A stretch of DNA of 24,000 nucleotides, from the NCBI RefSeq assembly GCF_018323985.1, contig NZ_AP024590.1:4504039-4528038 (forward strand), written 5' to 3'. This document shows, piece by piece, positions 8,166-15,383 of this stretch. This DNA comes from Enterobacter kobei. Lineage in GTDB: Bacteria; Pseudomonadota; Gammaproteobacteria; Enterobacterales; Enterobacteriaceae. Under the pieces are notes generated by a model that saw only the letters and a program-made list of their open reading frames with translations, was not told the origin of the DNA and made no database searches. The translations under genes were made by a program, and so were the position numbers. The number at the start of each line of letters is the position of its first letter. Positions within the stretch are counted from its first letter, which is position 1.

Positions 8166-8172
8166 TGCACGA

Positions 8173-10296
8173 TCATACGCGTTCGAAACCAATCAGAATG
8201 GCGCTTTCCGGATCGAGAACCGGTAAGGCCAGGCCCGCCACCTTCAGCCATTCACCGCTGATGGTTTGCTCTGTTGTCATCCATGCCGGGAGTTTGCGCA
8301 TGGTATGCCCGCCCGCCCCGGTCAGTTGAATGTTGGGATCGTCCAGCAACGTGATGCGATAACGCGCGCCAGCCTCCAGACCCGGCACCCGCAACGGCAT
8401 CATCAGGCTGTAATCCGGCATCGCCAGTTGGCTGACCAGGAAGATCGCTTGCTGTTTATCCTGGCTCACCACCCCCAGCGCCTGGGTCGTGGCGTCCGGC
8501 ATATCTACACGCCAGTGTGTGCCGGAATGAATGAGACCTCGCCACTGTTTATAGAGCGCCGCGTAATGGCGATAGCCTGCGCGCTCCTCTTCCCCGGCGC
8601 TCACCGGATCCAGCTCCAGCCCCATATGCCCGAACAGCGCCGTCAGGCCGCGGAACGCGATGCTGTGCTGGCGGAATGTGGCATGACAGTGACGATTGCC
8701 GATATGCGCGCCCATCACTTCCGGCGGGAAGAAATAGCTCATGCCGCGCTGGATAGTATTACGCTCCAGCGCATCGTTGTTATCGGACGCCCAGAAACGG
8801 TGGCAGCGGGTCAGCACTTCGTAATCAATACGCCCGCCGCCGGAGGCGCAGGACTCAAACTCCACATGTGGGAAGCGGCTGCGCAGGGTGTCGAGCAGTC
8901 GGTAATACTGACGGGTTTGCGCATCGGCGGCGGCTTTGCCCTGATGCGCAGGCTGCACCAGTTCGCGGTTCATGTCCCATTTCACATAGTCGATGTCGTG
9001 CTCGCCCAGTAGCCAGCTCATGCGTTCCAGCAGATAATCAAAAACCTCCGGAATGTTCAGGTTCAGCACCAGCTGATGGCGGCCAGTGGCCTGCGGATAA
9101 CCCGGCATTGCCAGTACCCACTCTGGATGCGCGCGATAGAGATCGGCGTTGGGGTTAATCATTTCCGGCTCGACCCAGATACCGAACTCCATGCCGAGCG
9201 CTTTTACGTGATCGATAACCGGTTGCAGGCCATCGGGGTATTTTTGCTCGTCGAGGTACCAGTCTCCCAGCGCCGCGCGGTCGTCGTTGCGGCCTTTGAA
9301 CCAGCCATCATCAATAATAAAACGCTCGACGCCAAGCGCCGCCGCTTCATCGGCCATCTGCATGATATAGGCCGGAGAGTGGTTGAAATAGATCCCTTCC
9401 CAGGTGTTGAGGTGCACCGGGCGCGGCTTGTTCTGCGGGAAGCGGATCAGCTCCTCGCGCAGGAAACGGTGGTACTGCTGGCTCATGCCGTTCAGACCGG
9501 CTGCCGAATAGCTGGCGTAGAGCCACGGCGTCCACAGGGTATCGCCTTCGGCAAGCGCCATTTCTCCCGGCAGATAAAGCGCTTCCGCCTGCAAATAGCG
9601 ACGGCCATCGGTTTTCACTTCGCAGCGCATACGGTGGTTGCCGCTCCAGCCAAGATGCGCGCCCCACACATCGCCCTGCATTTCGCTGAAGGCAGGGCTA
9701 CCGGCGATCAGCGCCGGGAAGTGTTCGTGGGAACTGCGCCCGCGGCGGCTTTCCAGCACAAAGCTGTCGTGTGAGAGTGTGGTGCGGTGCGGCTGGAATT
9801 CGCGGATCCAGCGGCCATGGAACGCCATCACCTCCTGCGCGCGCTCGGCGATCGGCAATGTCACCGCCAGGCGATCCACCTGCCAGTCGCCCGCGCGGTT
9901 ATTGGTCAGCCCGTGGCGGATTTTCAGTACCCCGCTGGCCGACAGGGCGATCTCGCTGCGCAGTTGCAGGCCTGCCTGCGTATCTTCGCTGATGATAATC
10001 AGCATCTGGTCATGCTGTTCGACCTGCGTGGTGGTAAAGACCGGCGAACCATCAAGCCCGTTGCGATGACCTTCAATACCCGGCGTACCAAACAGGCCAT
10101 GTCCCGGTTCCGCCATCAGGGTGACCGGTGCATCGACGTCCAGTTTGCCATTGGCCACCGGGCGTGCAAGGCTGGCTGCATCCTGCGGCGAAAAGTCGGC
10201 AAGATGCGCGCCCCAGTAGAGAATTTCGGCGAACGGACGGGTTTTGATTACCACATCCACGGTGGCGCTTTGCAGGCGTAAAATCGACGTTTCCAT
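8173..10296 (-). CDS. rafA: GH36 alpha-galactosidase (melibiase/raffinase), 707 aa
   Basis: ORF track. GH36 catalytic motifs are DYVKWDMNR (nucleophile Asp) and SCASGGGRID. The length of about 708 aa matches RafA/AgaA-type enzymes. AGGAG Shine-Dalgarno lies 7 nt upstream of the ATG. Confidence 0.92.
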   Translation of the reverse strand: METSILRLQSATVDVVIKTRPFAEILYWGAHLADFSPQDAASLARPVANGKLDVDAPVTLMAEPGHGLFGTPGIEGHRNGLDGSPVFTTTQVEQHDQMLIIISEDTQAGLQLRSEIALSASGVLKIRHGLTNNRAGDWQVDRLAVTLPIAERAQEVMAFHGRWIREFQPHRTTLSHDSFVLESRRGRSSHEHFPALIAGSPAFSEMQGDVWGAHLGWSGNHRMRCEVKTDGRRYLQAEALYLPGEMALAEGDTLWTPWLYASYSAAGLNGMSQQYHRFLREELIRFPQNKPRPVHLNTWEGIYFNHSPAYIMQMADEAAALGVERFIIDDGWFKGRNDDRAALGDWYLDEQKYPDGLQPVIDHVKALGMEFGIWVEPEMINPNADLYRAHPEWVLAMPGYPQATGRHQLVLNLNIPEVFDYLLERMSWLLGEHDIDYVKWDMNRELVQPAHQGKAAADAQTRQYYRLLDTLRSRFPHVEFESCASGGGRIDYEVLTRCHRFWASDNNDALERNTIQRGMSYFFPPEVMGAHIGNRHCHATFRQHSIAFRGLTALFGHMGLELDPVSAGEEERAGYRHYAALYKQWRGLIHSGTHWRVDMPDATTQALGVVSQDKQQAIFLVSQLAMPDYSLMMPLRVPGLEAGARYRITLLDDPNIQLTGAGGHTMRKLPAWMTTEQTISGEWLKVAGLALPVLDPESAILIGFERV

Positions 10297-10331
10297 GCAT
10301 CATCTCCTGAGTGTTGATGATGTCATCGTTG

Positions 10332-10349
10332 ATCCGAAACGTTTCGGAT
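10332..10349. promoter_or_regulatory. Perfect 18-bp palindrome ATCCGAAACGTTTCGGAT: LacI-family (RafR-type) operator upstream of rafA
   Basis: Read directly from the sequence. It has the central CG and AAACGTTT core typical of LacI/GalR operators. It lies 36-53 nt upstream of the rafA ATG and directly downstream of the LacI-type regulator gene. Confidence 0.7.
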
Positions 10350-10352
10350 GCC

Positions 10353-10370
10353 AACCAAAACGATTCGGAT
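10353..10370. promoter_or_regulatory. Second, imperfect operator copy (15/18 identical to the palindrome)
   Basis: AACCAAAACGATTCGGAT compared with ATCCGAAACGTTTCGGAT. The centre-to-centre distance is 21 bp, two helical turns. A GTGATC/TCACA CRP-like half site follows at about 10372-10378. Confidence 0.5.
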
Positions 10371-10409
10371 TTGTGATCGGCGTGGGAATTTACCGTAAAG
10401 AAAGGTGAA

Positions 10410-11405
10410 TCAGGCGGTGATGCCCGGACGGAATTCCGGCTGCCACAGTACCTGTAATGTGGCGAGATCTTCACCGGCAATCAGTCGTCGTCCCATCCCG
10501 GCGATCTGACGGCCCACGCCCTGGCGGGTGGACTGGATCACAGCCGCCACGTCCACGTCGACAATGCTGTCAGCAGGCAAGCCGTCGTAAACAATCAGCG
10601 CGATGCGGTTGTCGCCGGTTAAGCGCCCGGCCTGCGCCAGCGCCATCGCCGCGCCGTCACCGTGCGTGTTGCAGTCGGTGATAATGGCGGTAGGTGGCTG
10701 CGGCAACGCCAGCAGTTCACGCGTGGCGTTATACCCCGCCCGGCGCGATGGCGGCATGACGCGCAGCCACTCACGGGAGAGGCCGCTTTCATTGAGCGCA
10801 TTGAGATAGCCGTTTCGCCGCTGAGTAATAAAAGCCTGGGTGTTGTTTTCTCCCAGCAGCGCGATACGCTGATGCCCCTGGTCGATCAGATGACGGGTGG
10901 CGCGCCAGGTACCGGCATGGTTATCGAAATCAAACCAGGCGTAAGGCTCGGAGAGCTGGCTGCGACCCAGCGCCAGAAACGGAAAACGCGCGGCCTGCAA
11001 CTGCTCCAGCCGCGGGTCGTTATCCAGCGTGTGGGCAACGATCAGCGCATCCACGCGGCGGCTCTGCACCATACGCATGTAGCTGTGCTTGTCCGCCAGA
11101 TCGTCATCGGCAATCAGCAGCAGGTCAATTTCATGCTGCGCCAGTTCGTGGCTGATCTCCCCCACCATATCCATGAAAACGCTGTTATTGAGCGGCACGG
11201 GATGCACCGGAAACACCAGCCCGACGGCATCGATTTTGCCCATTTTCAGGCGGCGGGCGAAGGTATTAGGACGATAACCCCGGCGCTGCGCTTCAGCCTC
11301 CACGCGGGCGCGCGTTTCCTGTGAAACATCGTCATAACCGTTCAGGGCGCGGCTGACGGTGGTCACCGACAGGCCCAGTTCTTTGGCGATAGCTTTTAAC
11401 GACAT
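10410..11405 (-). CDS. rafR: LacI-family transcriptional repressor, 331 aa from ATG 11405
   Basis: MSLKAIAKELGLSVTTVSRALNGYDDVSQETRARVEAEAQRRGYRPN is a canonical LacI HTH followed by a periplasmic-binding-protein-like core. The ORF-track start (11531, GTG) would read through the porin terminator, so I chose the internal ATG. Confidence 0.85.
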   Translation of the reverse strand: MSLKAIAKELGLSVTTVSRALNGYDDVSQETRARVEAEAQRRGYRPNTFARRLKMGKIDAVGLVFPVHPVPLNNSVFMDMVGEISHELAQHEIDLLLIADDDLADKHSYMRMVQSRRVDALIVAHTLDNDPRLEQLQAARFPFLALGRSQLSEPYAWFDFDNHAGTWRATRHLIDQGHQRIALLGENNTQAFITQRRNGYLNALNESGLSREWLRVMPPSRRAGYNATRELLALPQPPTAIITDCNTHGDGAAMALAQAGRLTGDNRIALIVYDGLPADSIVDVDVAAVIQSTRQGVGRQIAGMGRRLIAGEDLATLQVLWQPEFRPGITA

Positions 11406-11486
11406 AATTTTCCGTGTCAGAGGCTGAAGAGTGCCGCTAGTGTCCCGCAACGTTATCGGGGCGTCCAGCCTCAATATCGGCGCAAT

Positions 11487-11518
11487 AAAAATGCCTGCGG
11501 GTGAAGGCAGGCATTTTT
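11487..11518 (-). terminator. Rho-independent terminator after the porin gene
   Basis: Minus strand reads AAAAATGCCTGC-cttcaccc-GCAGGCATTTTTattg and begins 14 nt after the porin stop codon. Confidence 0.8.
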
Positions 11519-11531
11519 GGCTTAACGCCAC

Positions 11532-12932
11532 TCAGAAGTAGTATTTGAAGCGAACGCGCGCGCCGTAACGATCGTCGTCGTTGTTGCTGCTGTTATCCAC
11601 GGTATCGCTGTCCAGAATGGAGTAGTAGGTGCCGAGATAGATATTAAAGTTTTTCATATTCATCACGTTCGGGATCTGATACGACGCGAAGATGGTGTGA
11701 ATATCGTAAGTGCCTTCATCAAGGACAAAGTTGTCATTATCGCCGATCACGCCGTCATAATCGGTGATTTTGTTATGAGCATAGACATAACCCAGCTCGA
11801 AGCGCCGCCACAGGGCGTTGATCCCGGCGCTGAAGTCCTGTTCGTCCGTCGCATCCATATAGGCGCTGGTCAGGTTCACTACTACGCCGTTTTCGGGATC
11901 GGTTTTCAGCCCGTCCCAGGCCATGCGCAGACCATAACCGGTACGGTCAGACTGATCGACAAATTCACCCTGATTATTGGTGTACCCGTAGGCGTTATTC
12001 ACTACGTTGGTTTCCACCGCCGCGGCAAAGGTTAATTCATCTTTCGACCAGGCAACTACCGGACGCAGATAGGCGACGTTTTTCTGCTGCTCCATTTCGC
12101 GGCCATGATAGAGCCTGCCATCGCCATCATCGTTATACAGCGACGTGCCATCTTCCAGTAGCGTGTTCAGCTCGAAATACCAGTTGTCGATCTGCTTACT
12201 CATCATAAAGTTACCGCCCGCATCGGAACGTCCACGGCCCTCTTTCATCATATAGATGTAGCCGCTGGTGTCGTCGTAGAGGTCGTTGGCGGTATTACCG
12301 GAATGCTCAACAAAAGTATCCTGATTGAGCGGGAACATGTCGAAAGCTTCGAAGCGTCCGACCCGCACCTGCCAGTCATTCTCCTGACCAAAGAAGAATA
12401 CGGCGTCATCGAGATCCATTGAGCCGGTCATATCCGCCAGCGGCTGCGCGGAGAAACCGGCGAAATAGCCGTTATCCATTTTCCGCATGCCGTCAAAACC
12501 CACCAGAATACGACCGTTCAGGTCCCATTGCTCATTCGTGGGATCGTTGACGTTGGCATTGGTCATCGCCACCAGGCCATGCTTACTTTCAGCGTCCATG
12601 TTAAATTCCACATCGCCGTAAACCTTGATGTCGCCGTAGCCGGACAGCACCAGGTTCGGCGTGGCGGCATTGTTTTTCACCTCCTCCGCCGGTTGCTGAC
12701 CGTTCACCGGCGTGTTGCCCTGTGCGGCTTTAAGCTCGCTGATTTCTGCCGCCTGCTGCGTTTTTAACTGCTGAACCTGACTTTCTGCTGCCGCCGCACG
12801 GTTTTCCGCTGCCACCAGGCGTTCTTCGAGCTGCTGTAGACGTTGTTCGATACTGCTGGTGCTGGTTTTCGCCCAGCCGGAACCCGCAACCATACTTAAT
12901 CCTATAGCCACTGCGAGGACGGTTTTCTTCAT
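11532..12932 (-). CDS. rafY: RafY-like carbohydrate porin with an N-terminal coiled-coil segment, about 466 aa
   Basis: Signal peptide MKKTVLAVAIGLSMVAGSGWA. A heptad-like, Q/E/A-rich stretch follows (IEQRLQQLEERLVAAENRAAAAESQVQQLKTQQAAEISELKAAQ). The body is beta-rich and aromatic, ending in the C-terminal YYF typical of OM barrels. It belongs to the raf gene context. I prefer ATG 12932 (AAGGAA 8 nt upstream) over the ORF-track ATG 12941. Confidence 0.75.
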   Translation of the reverse strand: MKKTVLAVAIGLSMVAGSGWAKTSTSSIEQRLQQLEERLVAAENRAAAAESQVQQLKTQQAAEISELKAAQGNTPVNGQQPAEEVKNNAATPNLVLSGYGDIKVYGDVEFNMDAESKHGLVAMTNANVNDPTNEQWDLNGRILVGFDGMRKMDNGYFAGFSAQPLADMTGSMDLDDAVFFFGQENDWQVRVGRFEAFDMFPLNQDTFVEHSGNTANDLYDDTSGYIYMMKEGRGRSDAGGNFMMSKQIDNWYFELNTLLEDGTSLYNDDGDGRLYHGREMEQQKNVAYLRPVVAWSKDELTFAAAVETNVVNNAYGYTNNQGEFVDQSDRTGYGLRMAWDGLKTDPENGVVVNLTSAYMDATDEQDFSAGINALWRRFELGYVYAHNKITDYDGVIGDNDNFVLDEGTYDIHTIFASYQIPNVMNMKNFNIYLGTYYSILDSDTVDNSSNNDDDRYGARVRFKYYF

Positions 12933-13158
12933 TATTTGCATTCCTTGAAATAAAGTAGCGTTCGGTGTTGCTGTAATAAGCCACGCCGTGAGGTAATAAA
13001 TAGCTGCGATGAATAATATTTTTTATTTATTGATTTAAACGAAGCATAGAATTAAAGAATATACATATCGCCATGCCCGACTCGTATTAATATCAATACA
13101 GGCGCAAAAAATAGTATGATCGCCTGGCGGTGATGTAAACGTACCCAGGATAAGGATC

Positions 13159-13173
13159 GTGAGCGGGATAACA
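13159..13173. promoter_or_regulatory. lacO1-like / CRP-like motif GTGAGCGGGATAACA in the AT-rich intergenic region
   Basis: It differs from the lacO1 core GTGAGCGGATAACA by one inserted G. It also fits the CRP pattern GTGA-N6-TAACA (consensus TGTGA-N6-TCACA). It lies 227 nt upstream of the porin ATG and 308 nt upstream of frvA. Confidence 0.3.
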
Positions 13174-13361
13174 TAAGAAAATTATTTGAAAATCCTCTCC
13201 CCTCTAATCTATTTAACAGACAAATAACCGTTGCTATTTTTACCCCGCACGTGTCCCGAATCATTTATTTTTTATATAAAATGAATAAGTAAAGGAAAGG
13301 GTAATTATTGGGCACAGACATAATTTTAATAATCAGCGGGTAAATAAATAAAATGTGCCCC

Positions 13362-13416
13362 TTCCCGCAAATTTACCTTTTTGCTGCGGGAAATATGTCG
13401 CGCCTGACGGACATAT
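13362..13416 (+). promoter_or_regulatory. Two adjacent inverted repeats upstream of frvA (candidate operator or leader structure)
   Basis: TTCCCGCA-15 nt-TGCGGGAA spans 13362-13392 and is followed immediately by ATATGTC-10 nt-GACATAT at 13393-13416. The second repeat ends 65 nt before the frvA ATG. Confidence 0.35.
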
Positions 13417-13480
13417 CTACGCTCAATACCCTGCCCGCGGCCCCTTACAATCGCGTGAATAAGATCAACGGAGTGAAAAA

Positions 13481-13927
13481 ATGGCGCACCTCACCGCAGA
13501 CTGCATCAACCTCGACATCAGCGGCAACAGCGCCTATTCGGTGCTGAAACAGCTGGCGGATATGGCGGAAAAACAGGGAGTTATCACCGATCGCAACGCG
13601 TTTTTACAAACTCTCCTGCTGCGCGAAAAAATGCACTCGACGGGCTTTGGCGCGGGTATTGCGGTACCTCACGGCAAAAGCGCCTGCGTCAAACAACCGT
13701 TCGTGCTCTTTGCCCGTAAAGCACAGGGCGTTGACTGGCAGGCCAGCGATGATGAACCCGTCCACTGCTGGATTTGTCTCGGCGTGCCGCAGGCCGGGGA
13801 AGAGGACCAGGTAAAAATGATCGGCACCCTGTGCCGCAAACTCATTCATGCGGATTTTATCGCACAGCTCAAACGGGGCGATATGGACGACATCCTCTCG
13901 CTGCTTAATCAGACCCTGAGTGAATAA
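13481..13927 (+). CDS. frvA: PTS fructose-like EIIA component, 148 aa
   Basis: PTS_EIIA type-2 pattern with the active-site His in GAGIAVPHGK. It is 148 aa, as is E. coli FrvA. GGAG Shine-Dalgarno lies 9 nt upstream. It is the first gene of an A-B-X-R cluster next to fdhD/fdoGHI, as in E. coli. Confidence 0.85.
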   Translation: MAHLTADCINLDISGNSAYSVLKQLADMAEKQGVITDRNAFLQTLLLREKMHSTGFGAGIAVPHGKSACVKQPFVLFARKAQGVDWQASDDEPVHCWICLGVPQAGEEDQVKMIGTLCRKLIHADFIAQLKRGDMDDILSLLNQTLSE

Positions 13928-13937
13928 GGAGCCTTTC

Positions 13938-15383
13938 ATGGAGACATCGTTACGCCTGGTGGCGATCACCAACTGCCCCGCCGGGATCGCGCATACCTAT
14001 ATGGTGGCCGAGGCGCTGGAGCAGAAAGCCCGCGCCCTCGGGTACAGCATACAGGTGGAAACGCAGGGGGCCAGCGGCGTGGAAAATCGCCTCAGCGATG
14101 AAGCGATACGCACGGCGGATTACGTCATTCTTGCCACCGGGCGCGGTCTGAGCGCCGACGATTGCGCACGCTTTGCGGGCAAACGCGTGTATCAGATCCC
14201 CATCTCGCAGGCGCTGAAAAATATCGACCAGATTTTTACCCATTTACCGACGCACTCACAGCTTTTCGCCGCCGATAGCGCCGTGAAGCTCGGTAAACAA
14301 CAGGTGCAACAGGGCAGCGTGATGAGCCACCTGATGGCGGGCGTTTCCGCCGCGCTGCCGTTTGTGATTGGCGGCGGTATTCTGGTCGCTCTTGCCAATA
14401 TGCTGGTGCAGATGGGGCTGCCCTATACCGATATGGCGAAAGGCGCGCCCTCTTTTACCTGGGTGGTGGAGTCCATCGGCTATCTCGGTTTTACTTTTAT
14501 GATCCCGATAATGGGCGCGTATATCGCCGCGTCCATTGCCGACAAACCCGCCTTTGCGCCCGCATTTCTGGTGTGTTACCTGGCGAATGATAAGGCCCTG
14601 CTGGGCACGCAATCCGGCGCGGGTTTTCTTGGCGCGGTGGTGCTCGGACTGGCAATAGGTTACTTCGTGCTGTGGTTTCGCAAAGTTAAACTCGGTAAAG
14701 CATTGCAGCCGCTGCTCGGCTCGATGCTCATCCCTTTCGTCACGCTGCTGGTTTTCGGCGTGCTGACCTATTACGTGGTCGGCCCGGTGATGTCCGACAT
14801 CATGGGCGGCCTGCTGCATTTCCTGAATACTATTCCGCCGTCGATGAAGCTCGGCGCGGCCTTTCTGGTGGGCGCGATGCTGGCCTTCGACATGGGCGGC
14901 CCGATCAACAAAACCGCGTGGTTCTTCTGCTTTTCGCTGCTGGAAAAACACATTTACGACTGGTACGCCATTGTCGGCGTGGTGGCGCTGATGCCGCCCG
15001 TTGCGGCTGGCATTGCCACTTATCTGGCTCCCAAACTGTTTACTGCGCAGGAGAAAGCTGCCGCCAGTAGCGCCATCGTGGTGGGCGCAACCGTCGCCAC
15101 GGAACCCGCCATTCCCTATGCGCTGGCCGCGCCGCTGCCGATGATCACCGCCAATACGCTCTCCGGTGGCATTACCGGCATGCTGGTGATCGGCTTCGGC
15201 CTGCAACGCCTCGCGCCGGGGCTGGGGGTTTTTGATCCGCTGATTGGCCTGATGTCACCGGCGGGCTCCTTTTATCTGGTGCTGGGATGCGGCCTGATGA
15301 TGAATATCGTGCTGATTATTGTCCTGAAAGGATGGTGGTTGAAACGCAAAGCCGCACAACAGGAGGCGGCCCATGAACACTGA
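13938..15383 (+). CDS. frvB: PTS fructose-like EIIBC component, 481 aa
   Basis: The N-terminal IIB motif is CPAGIAHTYMVAEALE. A polytopic IIC domain with FDMGGPINKTAWFF follows. ATG 13938 has AAGGAG 6 nt upstream; the ORF-track GTG at 13920 overlaps the frvA end and was rejected. Confidence 0.9.
   Translation: METSLRLVAITNCPAGIAHTYMVAEALEQKARALGYSIQVETQGASGVENRLSDEAIRTADYVILATGRGLSADDCARFAGKRVYQIPISQALKNIDQIFTHLPTHSQLFAADSAVKLGKQQVQQGSVMSHLMAGVSAALPFVIGGGILVALANMLVQMGLPYTDMAKGAPSFTWVVESIGYLGFTFMIPIMGAYIAASIADKPAFAPAFLVCYLANDKALLGTQSGAGFLGAVVLGLAIGYFVLWFRKVKLGKALQPLLGSMLIPFVTLLVFGVLTYYVVGPVMSDIMGGLLHFLNTIPPSMKLGAAFLVGAMLAFDMGGPINKTAWFFCFSLLEKHIYDWYAIVGVVALMPPVAAGIATYLAPKLFTAQEKAAASSAIVVGATVATEPAIPYALAAPLPMITANTLSGGITGMLVIGFGLQRLAPGLGVFDPLIGLMSPAGSFYLVLGCGLMMNIVLIIVLKGWWLKRKAAQQEAAHEH

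Noticed and set aside
754-11324. Other plus-strand ORFs of 160-290 aa inside the minus-strand genes: 754-1311, 3634-4122, 3828-4427, 5001-5492, 5749-6624, 7706-8329, 8266-9012, 9076-9774, 9787-10281, 10662-11324
   Set aside because: All overlap strong minus-strand CDSs with clear family motifs. Their translations are Arg/Pro/Ala/His-rich with no motifs. They are treated as shadow ORFs.
11406-11531. N-terminal extensions offered by the ORF track: rafR from GTG 11531, IIC from 6017, frvB from GTG 13920, fdoG from GTG 19561, porin from 12941
   Set aside because: The extensions run through a terminator (rafR) or the preceding gene's end, and they lack ribosome sites. The internal ATGs have good Shine-Dalgarno spacing and give canonical N-termini (LacI HTH, IIB Cys motif, Tat signal, signal peptide).
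13159-13173. lacO-like motif as a sign of cloning-vector contamination
   Set aside because: It is only a 15-nt core with one inserted base. No lac promoter, lacZ-alpha or polylinker sequence flanks it, and the surrounding sequence is continuous with native genes.
13052-13264. 70-aa minus-strand ORF, and 64-aa plus-strand ORF (13353-13547), in or near the AT-rich spacer
   Set aside because: Neither has a ribosome site. They contain many rare codons (ATA, AGA, CTA). The second is out of frame with frvA and overlaps its start. Such ORFs are expected by chance in AT-rich DNA. A small protein cannot be fully excluded without expression data.
14256-15206. 316-aa ORF antisense to frvB, and 257-aa ORF (16699-17472) antisense to frvR
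   Set aside because: Both are embedded in confidently called genes. Their composition is His/Arg/Gln/Gly-rich and not protein-like, which marks them as antisense artefacts.
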